The notes under the pieces are model-generated. The model made no database searches and was not told where the DNA came from. It worked only from the letters and a program-made list of their open reading frames with translations. From the NCBI RefSeq assembly GCF_009914755.1, contig NC_060927.1: DNA of 64,000 bases; one strand, 5' to 3'. This document shows positions 48,045 through 63,488 of the stretch, piece by piece (within the stretch, counting starts at the first letter, position 1; each line of letters opens with the position of its first letter). The stretch is from the human T2T-CHM13v2.0 reference genome, Homo sapiens. Made by a program: the position numbers and the translations under genes.

Positions 48045-50681
48045 GACCTTTAAGCTGATTTTAAACTGGTATTTAAAAAACCAAAAAGGGAACCCAAAAT
48101 TATACAACGAAATGTGCCCTCCAATCCAAAACAAAAAAAAAATGTTCACTGGGATGTAAAAGTAACCATTGACTATTCAAATTACAAAAGACAATGTTGC
48201 AAATGCAACATCCTTCTCCCTATTTCAACCAGTCCCCTTGTATTCTCCTCATTGATTTAACAGGAAAATAGATGTTTAAAGCTTGAACAGTGGTGAAATT
48301 TTCATCAGCAAGATGTGCCTTTTGCATTAATTCTACAGCACCAAGACAGTTATGTGCACACACTAGACTTAAATGCCACAAGATTCATTTATGAATAAAG
48401 ACACGTATTAATTTAAAGACAGCCCAATAGATCAGGACACAAGTGCAGCTGCCTTACTACCAAAAAACAAGCCCAGGCCTCACAAGCTTTTTATTTTGAT
48501 ACAAGTTTCACTATCACTCAACATACACAATACTCTCAAAAGTAAAGCTCTTCTTATACATACAACATGTGAATGAAGACTTCTCAAATATTCTTTTCAA
48601 ATGCTATACAGATCCTCATAGTAATAGGATTATGGAAAAACTATAAAAAATTAAGAATATGAATAATGAAACTTCTATTTCTCGGCAGTCTTCCCTCTAT
48701 TGCAAATCTAATTTGTCCCCAAAATGTATATAAGATGTTGAAGTTATTGAAATTTTGGCATCTCTTCCCAATTTGCAGCTAACAATAATTGGAATATGGG
48801 AAACAACTCCTGAAAACCTGTAATATTTTAATTAACATAGAATTTATGTTACAATCAAGTTTAACAAAAGTTCACTATAATATTCCCTACAACTTAATCA
48901 GTATGTTGCCCTCTTATTTTATATTCAATGATTTCTTTATTTCAAAAACAAAGACATCACATGGTTTGTGACCAACCCCAGTAGCTAGAAGTATTTCCAA
49001 ATCACTTCTCTCAACTTAAAAAAAAAAAAAAATTAATGTGAAACAAAGGGAGTTCAAAGCTACATCTTCTAAGGGAAAAATGCTGTGATTATTTCACTTA
49101 AAAATAAATAGCTGAGTCATAGTAACAAAATTTCACAAAAAGCTGAACTTTCTAAGGTGCACTTTAAAAATTACTCCACTTGCCATGCTGTCCTGGAAAC
49201 CAACCTGCACGCCTGTCCTAGGAAATCTATTTGTGTCTCTTGAGTCCTTCAATAATGCAGAACATAAAAGTTTCAAAAATGAATCGCAACAACAGCTATC
49301 AAAGGAAGTGGGTTTTTTTAAATAATAGCCCTAGGCTCCAATAAAATTAATACCCAAAAATCATCAAAGGGCAAACGCAAAAAGCGTTCTTAAATTTTCT
49401 CTAAGTAGCAGTTCCTTAGTTTTACAATTCTTTTCTTTTTCGCTGAAAGGAGAATAAGAAATCCAATTAACAGTGTTAAGGATGAGAACAGTTAGTTCCC
49501 AGGCAGAGGATGCAATTTACAATCCAGGCTTGGCCCAGACATTAGCGGGCACACACACGCCAGTGCTCAGAGGAAGCTTCAAGAAATGTCACTATCTAAC
49601 GGAAGTGTTAAGGCCTTATATTTGTAAGGACTATGACCAGCCCTGTAAATAAATACACTGTAAAACGCAACCTAGAAAAACTCCATTGTCCAAAACAACT
49701 CAAGACTTTCCTACTATCCTCAAAACAGAAAGAACCTGTGTCCTGGACGGCCTCAGGACGACCGCCTCTCACATAGAAAGAAGGGCAACCCATGTGAATC
49801 GGAGTGCCCCCATGTCAACTCTGTGACAGATCCACTGGGAGCATCCGACTGTGATCCGGGCCCTCCTGGGCAGAGGCTGCTGGAAGAGGAACACACAGGC
49901 AATCTTCACGGCCCTCCTACTTCCGTTCTCAAAACAGAAATGCACTTTTCTGCTAGTCCTCCGCCCTCAGCCCGGTACCTCTCGACAGCTGTGCCCCCTT
50001 CAACGAGCTTAAGTGGAAAGAAAAGCAGGTAGTCACCAACTAGGGTCCACGGAATGCGGTTGATCACAGCGCTTCCCCCCGCGATTCCCGCACGCATCCA
50101 CCGCGGGCGCCCTCCGGAGAGTCGCTCTGGCCGGGGGCACCGCGAAGCAGAAGTCGGCGTCCCAGTTCGCCCCCTACTCTCTCCTCCCCGGGGAAGGGGG
50201 GCAGAAAAGCGCAAAGAGGAACTAAATGAACTGCAAGAGGATGCCCTGAAAGCTCCCTCAAAGAGGGGGTGGGGAGGGGGTGGAAACCAAGAAGGGGCGG
50301 AAGGAAGGGGGAAGGAAGAGCAGCCAGAGGAGGAAGGGGGCGAGAGCGAGCGCCCGCGAAGGGGACGGGACTTCGGGAGCGCGGCTGCACCCCATTTCCC
50401 CCAGCGGGAGAGGGTGCGCCGGCCTTCGGGGCGCTCCGCCCCGGCAGAGGGCAAGGAAAGAAATGAGAGGCGACGTCCCCGTCCCCGCCACTTCGTCGCC
50501 CCTCGGGAGGGCTCGGTGGGGACTGCAGTGCCCTCGCAGGGTGGGAAACGGCGGCAACAGCCGCTCGCCCCGTCGGAAGGAGCGGACGGCGGGGCCTCCT
50601 CCGGGTGCGCGGGCCCGGCTTTCACGCCCCCAGCGCCGGGAAGGCAGCTCCGCGGTGACGCCGGGCGGCCGTGCCGGTTAC

Positions 50682-50734
50682 CTGAAGCGGGGCGAGTCCT
50701 TCAGACACTCCTCGAAATCCACAGTCATCTTCAT
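50682..50734 (-). CDS. ACAP2: ACAP2 coding part of exon 1, MKMTVDFEECLKDSPRF + AG
   Basis: ATG AAG ATG ACT GTG GAT TTC GAG GAG TGT CTG AAG GAC TCG CCC CGC TTC AG|gtaacc. The FEECxKDSPRFR motif is the start of the ACAP-family BAR domain. Kozak position -3 is A. Confidence 0.97.
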
Positions 50735-50831
50735 CCTGCCTCCGCCTCGCAGGCGGCGCTGGCAAAGCCGAGGGGGCCGCGGGAGCGGCCGCGCTGGGAC
50801 GCAGACGGCTACGGCGGGCGCACGGCCGCGA

Positions 50832-50876
50832 CTAGCGTTGCGCGGAGCTGCGAAGGGCGCCTCGCCCGCTGGTCAT
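50832..50876 (-). other. Candidate upstream ORF in the ACAP2 5' leader (MTSGRGALRSSAQR*)
   Basis: This is the only upstream ATG within ~280 nt of the main ATG. Context is GCT-ATG-A (-3 G). The TAG stop lies 97 nt before the main ATG. It requires a TSS upstream of 50876. Confidence 0.55.
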
Positions 50877-51013
50877 AGCAGCCGCGAAGACGGCGACGAC
50901 TAGTCAGGCCCCAGTCCCGCCCCTCTTCCTCCCGCCCCAAGTAGAGCGCTGGCCGCAGGGAAACGGCCGGGGAGTGACAGCAGCGGCCAGCCAGCCACGA
51001 ACCTGGCGGCCAA

Positions 51014-51023
51014 GGGGCGGGGC
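51014..51023 (+). promoter_or_regulatory. GC box (Sp/KLF)
   Basis: Exact GGGGCGGGGC. Further CCCGCCCC motifs lie near 50915-50938. Confidence 0.65.
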
Positions 51024-51079
51024 ATCCGGCAGCACCGCCTGCGGGCGCCCGGGCAACGGGTCTGAGCGACGGCACCCCG

Positions 51080-51089
51080 AGCCAATGAG
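51080..51089 (+). promoter_or_regulatory. CCAAT box (NF-Y)
   Basis: AGCCAATGAG matches the extended NF-Y consensus. Confidence 0.6.
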
Positions 51090-51208
51090 CAGCGCGACCG
51101 TGGGCACCTCCTTGCCACAACCGCCCCCGAGGGCCAACCGGGATGCGCGGGCGTCGCTAGGCGGGACGCACCGGTTGCTGGGAGGCCGGCAGCTGAGGTT
51201 CCTTGGGA

Positions 51209-51223
51209 AGGAAGTCACGTGGC
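51209..51223. promoter_or_regulatory. Overlapping ETS core and E-box (USF/TFE/CLEAR-like)
   Basis: AGGAAGTCACGTGGC; the GTCACGTG E-box is at 51214-51221. Confidence 0.55.
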
Positions 51224-52449
51224 TGCGGCCGCGCTTCCCTCCGAGCCCCCGCCTCTTCTCCTGCTCCCCGAGCCCCGCCCTGCTGAGCTGCCAGCCCAGA
51301 GGAGCAGTCTCCTGCAGGTCTGAGGAAGGAAATTTGCTTTTCAAAGCAGATTGGCAGAAATCTGAAGAGGTTAGAGGCAGAAATTATAAAAGGAAGAGAT
51401 AGGCTAAGCCACCTATTCCTTTCAGTTTAGAGAAACTGAGGCCAGAAGAGGAGCGAGGATAACTTTAGTGATAAAATCCATCTTTCATGTATTTGTTCCA
51501 TAGCTTCATAATCTGGAAATTGCTCCCATGTACATCTTCTCATATAGCCAGAGACCACTTCCTGAAGGAGCTGCCGTTTGGGTTGGACATAGAAAGATTT
51601 AGGCAGGTATGGGAGGTAGGGTGCTTCGTGTGGAGGAACTCCTCTCAAAACTGCCGAAAGCATTCCCCCTCACTGACACTTTGCTCCTGGTGGTTTTCAC
51701 TGTTCTGCCATGGTGGGGTTCTGAAGACCAGGCTCATCGTACTCACCTTGCAACACCTGCCCCTCTAATCCACACTTTTTCTAGAAGCACTTTAAGATAC
51801 TTATCATCTGATCCTCACGGCAGGTATTTACCATACTCCTTCATTTTAAGATGCCATTGATTGTAAAAAGTACAAAGATGTCTTATATGTAATGAGTAAT
51901 TTTTAAGCCAACCTAAAAAACACGGGCGTATCTATAAAAATGAATATACAGGGTGTTCTAACAGCATAGTGGCTCTGAGTGAGAATCTGGAGGCAAACTT
52001 CCTGGATTTAGGTCCCAGCTTTCTCACTTTAAAATGAACATAACACACAGATCTGATGAAGTTGTCCGGTTAACACAGTGCCACATATCGATCATTCAGT
52101 AAATGTTGGCTATTTTAATTGTACCATTTGCCTCTTCAGTACTATAATCAAAGGGCTTAAGTCTAAGTTCTCTCACTTTCACTGTCTGAAGTTTTTGTTT
52201 GTCTCAAAAACAATCAAACAATTTCGTTCCGTTCCCCAGGCTGGTCTCAAACTCATGGCCTCAAGTGATCCTTCTGTCTCAGCCTCCCAAAATGCTGAGA
52301 TTACAGGTGTGAGCCACACACCCAGCCTTCTAAAGTCTTAATATAACTTTCTGACCGTCTGGCTAAGTATAGCGTGATGACATACTGTTTTTCGTAACCC
52401 ATCAAGAGATATCTTGATCTCTTTAGCATCTTTAGAAATTAACAGTATA

Positions 52450-52750
52450 GACAGGGCATGGTGGCTCACACCTGTAATCCCAGCACTTTGGGAGGCCGAG
52501 GTGAGCAGATTCCTTGCTCCAGGAGTTCCAGACCAGCCTGGGCAACATGGTGAAATCCTGTCTCTACAACTCTACAAAAATATACAAAAAATTAGCCAGG
52601 CACATGCCTATAGTCCCAGTTACTCATGAGGCTGAGGTGGAAGGGTCACTTAAGCCTAGGAAGTCAAGACTGCAGTGAGCCATGATTGTGCCACTGCACT
52701 CCAGCCTGGGTAGACAGAGCAAAACACTGTATCAAAAGAAAAAAAAAGGA
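52450..52750 (+). mobile_element. AluJ
   Basis: TSD aaattaacagtata. Confidence 0.9.
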
Positions 52751-53354
52751 AAAAGGAAAATTAACAGTATAATTCTGAGGCATTTCAGAGAATATAGAAG
52801 CATTATATTCATTTATTCTTTGCTTATAAACTTGATTTCTTTTTTAATTGTGTATTCCTGGAAACCACACAGCTTTTCTTGATAGCTAAAAACAGACTAT
52901 TGACTGTTAAATGTTCAGGGTCCTCAAGCACATTAGTGGTCAGGCCAACCTTCCCTAACATTGTAACTTCAATGTCAAATTTACCAAGACAGTTGGCAAT
53001 CTCTACTATATTTGGTTGCGTTCCTGATGTGTGACAGCTAATCTGCATATACAATAACTTATTATTTTAATACTTAATCACAGTGTAGCCTTTTAGAAGA
53101 TACCTAAAGTGACACTTTGGGGTTCAAATTAATATTCAACTGCATGGCACCACAAAGGCAAATAACTAAGCTAATTACCAAGTGAACATCTTTCTGTGGA
53201 TGGCTAAATTTGCATATACCCAGTTAGTGATAACACTGTCACAATTTTTCTTCCTTGCCCTGTGATAAAGCAAGCATTTGGGGGTGTCAATTCTAAGATA
53301 GGTCCTAAATAAAGAAACATTAAAGTGGGATGGGGTGGGAGCAGTGGGTCTTAG

Positions 53355-53594
<240 letters not shown>

Positions 53595-54489
53595 TGAAAA
53601 TAAATTACCAGGTGACTCAGGCCAAACACAGGCTGCCTGATGCCAGATCCGAACTACTAACTGTCCTCCCTCCCCTTAAGAATTCTGCCTTTGCAGTTGT
53701 AACTCTGTCTGCCCGTGTAGCAATCTCCCTTTCATCTTCTCTTTAAAACACCACTCTTATGCCACCCCCTCAGGAAGCTTTCTTGGCCGAAATACAAACC
53801 TCTCTATTCAACACACAGTAAAAGTTCCTTACTAGGCCCAGTCTGCACTCTAAAAGAATATAAAGTACCAAACTTTAAATGTCTTCCAAATTTCTTCTCC
53901 CCAAACTTCTCAGTCCCTCTCTACAAACCCTCTGGAACCCTGGACACCCATAGTTCTTCATAGAAAGCTGCTGATTTCCTCTGAGAACATTGTTGACCAT
54001 ACATCCTCTTGAGCAGAGGTTGTTCAATCTCTCCTCCCTGGTACTCCTTGGTCAGGATACATAGTCAGCAAAAGGCTTACACTGTCTTACTTTCCTTGTT
54101 GCTGTTATCCAGCAATTTCTAGTAACTCCCTGCCTTAGCCTGGCTAATTGCGTTGCAAATTATCTCAAGAAAAGGAAATTACAATGAGGGTGACTGTGGG
54201 CACTACTGGAACTGACAAGGGCAGAAACTCAGGCAACTCTTAGGACTGGTTTTCTCTCTTGTCATCTGCATCCTCTCTCTTTCCTACTTGCCCAACCCCA
54301 TCAACTTTCCTTTCTGCTTTCCTCTAGGTTCTGTTCCCCTGTGAACCTGGTTTGCATACAATCTATCATTGCTACTGATTCCTCTAGAGGCTCCCAGTGG
54401 GTAATATAAAACAATGAAACTTTCCAGGTGTGAGCAGCATGCGGTGGTGGAGGCTATGACGAACAGAAAGCATGTGCCCTGTGTCCTTC

Positions 54490-55039
<550 letters not shown>

Positions 55040-55428
55040 TAAATCTGTTTCCCAACTCACAGATCCCAGGAGACAATTACATTAGCCCAGCTCATCTTTT
55101 CATATCAGTCCACACAGGTAGTGGGTCCCTGGCAAGCCAAGAGAGGGATGGAATCACTCAACCTAATCATTTCTGCAGGGATGGGGGCTGCATGATGGCT
55201 GACTAGTAGTCAAGGCAATTTCCCTGTAAGAAAATGTTGATAGCTCGGCCCCATAAAACACAGCTAGTAAACACTCACGTTCATCCAGGACTTCGGCTCC
55301 TGACTCACAGTCCTTCATCCCAACTTCCACCATCAACTAAGGTGACATCAACATTCACTCATTTTTCTTTCATTCAATAATATTCATTGAGCATTTATTC
55401 TGGCCAGACCTTATAATAGGCTCTGAGA

Positions 55429-56035
<607 letters not shown>

Positions 56036-56596
56036 GACTGTGAGACTTATAGGTGAGATAAATAATCTTTTCCCCCTACAACTCTCAGACTATGGTAAGT
56101 TCTGTGCCAGCAGTCTTTGAGTATTTACAGTGGCCTACTGTAATCTGATAGTCATTTCTCCTAAGGAAGGAAATTAGTGTTCTCATACCTCCATAGATAT
56201 GAAGAATCTTAAAAAAGTAAGATCTAAGAAAAGGTGAGGAATGTCTTTCAAAGGGTCAAAGGACTGTTAGTCACAAGGAACTATTTTGACTGAAGCACAG
56301 AAGCAAGAGAAACACATGGTCTTCAAGCATGGTAAATCGAGAATATGGCTTTAGAAAAGAAGAAATGAATTTCTGATACATACACTATCTGTATCAGAAA
56401 GGATCGTACACCATCAATATAGACATTACAAAGAACCTTGTATGCCATGCTAAGGACCGTGTATATTAAAGCGAAGGAAAGCCACTGGAAGAATTTAAGC
56501 CTGGGAGTGACATAATCTTATTTGCATCTTAATGGAGAGTGGGACATTTTCAACTGATGCAATTGCAAGCAAGAGATGTTTAAGAAATAAAATTGA

Positions 56597-56915
<319 letters not shown>

Positions 56916-57427
56916 AAAAAATTGAAAGAATCTGATGGCCAACCAAATGTGGGGAGAAGGAAAAAATAAAGACAACTCCTCGGATGACTCCAGGTTGCAG
57001 ATCTGGGTGACTGGGTAATAGGTAGTGCTATTCATAGAAAGGGGAGAAAGTTTATCTCAAAATATGTTGCTTCAGAAAGTCCTTAAATGTTCTCATCTTA
57101 TACCATTTTCTCACCCAGAACATCCCATGCACAAGCTCAGCATAGATGTCTCTAGTTGTCTCATTCCCATATATTCACTTCATACTCACGTTCCCACTCC
57201 CACCCCCATGCCAGTATTCCTTTTTTCTCCCAGGCTGTTGGTATACCACCCTGTCTCTCCCTCCACCTCAGGGCAGTTTCATACCCACAGCTCGGGATTG
57301 ATCCAAGCATTTTCCTTCTGCTTTCTCCTCTCCTAGTTGCTGAGCAAGATTAGAAATAATTTCTATTGTAAAGCAGCAGGAAGCCATTGGAAAAATCTAA
57401 ACAGAGGAATGGTATCATCTGATTTGT

Positions 57428-58285
<858 letters not shown>

Positions 58286-58534
58286 TAGGAACACTCTTCT
58301 ACCCCCAGCCCACATACTCATCTATGTTCGCACTTTTCTTACTTCTTACCCACCTATCTCAGAGGAAGGTGGCATCTCTTTCTGCCACTCCTGATCTGTG
58401 CTCTAGGGAATCCACCCCTTCTGTTCTCTTTGGAGAATGGCTCTATCAATTATCCCCTCCTTCTCTGTACCTTCAAACTCTCAACTGACCATTCTTCTGT
58501 CTTTGGAAGAAAGAGAAGAAAATCATACACCGTC

Positions 58535-58975
58535 TGTATCAGAAAGGATTATTTTTGTTGTAAGAGAAACTATGTGAGTTAATGAAAACAAAGGGTTCAT
58601 GATGGGTTAGTTTCACCCAGAACCAGATGGCTGGCTTTCCTTGAAACTTGAGAAGGATTTAGAACGAGGGCCTGTAAAGCCGGCAGCTCCTTCCTGTCTG
58701 CCCATTTCCACATCTGCAGCTTACTTCATCTGACTCTCCAGGCAGCAGCTCCCAACACTACCCAACCAACCGGAGAGGATGGGCTTTCTCTCTAGGCCCC
58801 AAATCTAAATTTCTTGGAGGAAGTATTGGCCCACCTTGGATGCTGTACCCCGCACAGAGGCCAATCAACTACAGTCAAGGAGGCAGCTGTGTACAAACAT
58901 GGCTCCTGAGAGTCTGCCCCTGTGACCTTGTAGTTGGGAAATCTCTTAGCCAAGAAGGGGGACATGTGAGTTGGA
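58535..58975. mobile_element. Old MLT1-like LTR inside L2
   Basis: Degraded MLT1J/K-like motifs (attggccca...ttgg, ccaatcaact). Confidence 0.5.
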
Positions 58976-60012
58976 AAAATTCCCCTCTGACTATTGCCAA
59001 ATCTCCTTCCGTTGCTTTATATCTAAGACTCTTTAACAGCACAGTCTCCACTCCCTACTCCACAGTTTCTCCTCCCATTCATTCCAATATCCTCTGCATT
59101 CTGTTCTCCACTCTCTCCAACACCCCTGCTCCCTACCAACTGTTTCAGGAAGGTCACTTTCCAACGGCCAAACCCAAAGCACACTTTCAGTACTTGTTTT
59201 CCTGACGTCTCCTCAGCATTTGCCACTGTTTCCAAGTCTTTCCACCTGGGAAACTCATGCCACTTTCCTGCTTAAGATTCTTCAAGGGTTGGTCATTGCC
59301 TAAGCTATCATTTTTCAGCTTTCCCTAACTATGAAACCCTTTATTTAAAAGAAAAAGTATTTCACTGATGCCCACCATTAAGTAGGCAAAAGCAGAGTTG
59401 GTGAGGTTGAAACAGGAATGGGAGACCCAGAGCCTTGCCCGCCTGGCCCCACTGCCCACCCCCGGATGGCCCCTGTGTGGACTCCAAGGAGCACTCACAG
59501 CTCCACTGAGTATAGTTGGAAAACCACAGGTCTGTAGGATAAACACTGAATTTCTAATTTCACAAATAAGGTCCCTTCAATATCCAGCACCTGCCAACCT
59601 TTCCTGCCTTCTTTGCTGCCAGTCTCTCTACTGCAAATAGGTTCATCCATCCATGAAGGAGTTGAATGCTCTCGCTTGTTTCAGCGTGCCTCTCTCTCAC
59701 GCCCACCTGGGTACACAATGTTTCTTCAGCCTGAATGGGCCTTCTCCCTTTTGTGGACCTGGTGAACTCCCCTTTATTATTTAAAATTTGGCTTAAATGG
59801 AATCTCCTCAGGTACTTTCCCATCACAGTGATGTGACTTTGGGATTCCGGTTGTTCTGTCACCTGTTGTACATAGTGTTGGAACAGGGTTCAGTTCAGTA
59901 TTACAATTTGAGATTTTTATGTCTGTATACTTGCTAGACCTTCTGGGTGGTGATGTTATGTTCATTTCATCTTTGTAGCTCTAGAACCTAGCCCAGCACC
60001 TGATACTCTTAG

Positions 60013-61083
<1,071 letters not shown>

Positions 61084-62054
61084 CTAGGTGCCTAATAAAT
61101 ATTGAATGAATAGATGTTTTCTTCTCCCAGTGTGATTCTGCTTCTGTAATTACTTGTGCACATGCGTACATTTACCTAACAGATGATACCTATCTGTTAG
61201 GGTGGCTGTTAGGATAAGATATAGATAACAGGGGCTGATTCATCAGTGGTTTACAACCGTAGAACAGAACTGTCTATATCATTTTCTGTGGTTATTGTTT
61301 GTTTGATTTAATATATATGAGTGGGTCCTACCTACTGAATCCAGTTTTCCAGGGGTGGGGCCTGGACATGAGTCTCACAGATGACTCTGAAGCCCAGCCT
61401 TCACAAGTGAAACTCAGGTGCTAACGTTCATTTTGTAACTCTAGGACCTAGCACAGAGACCAGCAACATAGTAGGTGCACACTAAATATAGGTGGAATTA
61501 AAATTGAAAGAAGTTTTCAACATTCAAAATGTGACCATTTTTATATCTAACAAGCCAAGAGGTTGAGGTAAGAAGGTGGGTTTAGGCTAAGGGGACCCAG
61601 ACCACAATTTAGTTGGGTTCCTTATTGTTGGATCTGTGTGTGAGTGAACTCTGTTGCTTCTGCTTCCTTTTACCCCTGCCCCCCTTCCCGCTTTTATTAC
61701 ATAGTAAGGAAAAAATGTACTCCACCTAACTACAACCCCAAAAACTCAAAACACCCAGGTTTCTAAGAATTTGCTTCCTAATGTCTTGATTTGGCTGCAG
61801 CCTACCCTCTGGGAGCTCTTCTGAAAGTCTTCCTGTCTCATAACCATGACATTTAATTGACCCTCAAATCCTGTGAACTCTTTTCATGTGACAGCTCTTC
61901 CATTTGTGCCCTCTTTCCAAACCCCAGGGACATTGCCTTGATTCAGGCCTTTATTCTTCCTTGCCTGGATTACTCCAAATGGCATCCAGTTGGTCTCCCT
62001 GCCACAGTCTCACTCTCTCCAACTAAGCCTCTCTCTGCTACTAAAAACTACTTA

Positions 62055-62360
62055 GGGCCGGGCATGGTGGCTCACACCAGTAATCCCAGCACTTTGGGAG
62101 GCTGAGGCGGGTGGATCACTTGAGGTCAGGAATTTGAGACCAGCCTGGCCAATGTGGTGAAATCCCATCTCTACTAAAAATACAAAAATTAGCCAGACGT
62201 GATGGTGGGTGCCTGTTATCCTAGCTACCCAGGCAGCTGAGGCAGAAGACTCACTTGAACACAGGAGGCGGAAGTTGCAGTGAGCTGAGATCACACCACT
62301 GCACTCCAGCCTGGGTGTCAGAGCAAGACTCTGTCTCAAAAGAGAAAAAGAAAAAAAAAA
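62055..62360 (+). mobile_element. AluS
   Basis: TSD aaaaacta. Confidence 0.92.
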
Positions 62361-62609
62361 CTATATTAAAAGTCATTCTGGTTACTCATTTCCAGACTCA
62401 AAATGCTGTAGTGTCTGTAGTGTCTTCCCATTGTCTCCAGCACACAAGAGCGGTCACTGGCCTTTCTCACCAGCCCCATCTTCAATTCTGTCACCACCAC
62501 CTCCAAAACGCCAATCATACGAACCATTTCAGCCATGGCCTTTCACAAGCACCAGAAACCAACTCTGGCTAGCTTAAGCAAGAAAAGCATTCCTTAAAAT
62601 GCTGTTAGG

Positions 62610-63488
62610 TGTCCATAGAAGCTTTATTCATAATAGCCCCAAGCTGGAAACAATCCACATGTCCATCAACAGGTAAAAGGATAAACAAATTGCAGAACAA
62701 TACTCAGCAATTAAAAAGGTAACCTGGGCAAATTCTAAAAACGTGACACCGAATGAAAGAAGCCAGACACGAGAGTATATATACTGCATGATTCCATTTC
62801 TATAAAATACTGGAAAACACAAAACTCATCTATAGTGACGGTAAACATATCAATGATTGTCTAGACGGGGCAGAGAAGGACTGACTACAGTGGGGTACGA
62901 GGGAACTTTTTGGGGTGATGGGATTGTTCTATTATCTTGATCATAGTGATAATTATACAGGCATAGACATTCATCAAAACCTATCAACTTACACATTTAA
63001 AATAGGTACATTTTAATTTGTAAACCATACCTCAGTAAATCTGATTATTTATTTATTTATTTATATTTTTTAGAGACAAGGTCTCCCAGTGTTGCCCAGG
63101 CTGGTCTGGAACTCCTGGGCTCAAGTGATCCTTCCACCTCATCTTCCCAAAGTGCTGGGATTACAGGTGTGAGCCATGATGCCTGGCAAAATTTGATTTT
63201 TTTTTTTTTTTTTTTGAGACAGTCTTACTCTTGCCAAGCTGGAGTCCAGTGGCACAATCTCGGCTCACTGCAACCTCCGACTCCCTAGTTCAAGCAATTC
63301 TCCTGCTTCAGCCTCGCAAGTATCTGGGATTACAGGCATGCACTACCATGCCCAGCTAATTTTTGTATTTTTAGTAGAGACAGGGCTTCACCATGTTGGC
63401 CAGGATAGTCTCGATTTCCTGACCTCGTGATCAGCCCACCTCGGCCTCCCAAAGTGCTGGGATTACAGGCGTGAACCACCGTGCCCAG
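62610..63488. mobile_element. L1M 3' end (+, 62610-63045), FLAM (-, to 63187) and AluS (-, 63195-63488)
   Basis: L1 3' motifs. The AluS TSD is aaatttgattttt. Confidence 0.82.

Larger units (their letters stand above)
49950..51300. promoter_or_regulatory. ACAP2: CpG island / ACAP2 promoter
   Basis: Very GC- and CpG-rich, repeat-free block spanning exon 1, with no obvious TATA box. Confidence 0.93.

Noticed and set aside
49906-51402. Long overlapping ORFs (up to 274 aa) on both strands at the CpG island
   Set aside because: Stop codons are rare in GC-rich DNA. The products are low-complexity R/G/P/A sequences, many without a true ATG start. The real coding exon is the 53-nt ACAP2 exon that the ORF track misses.
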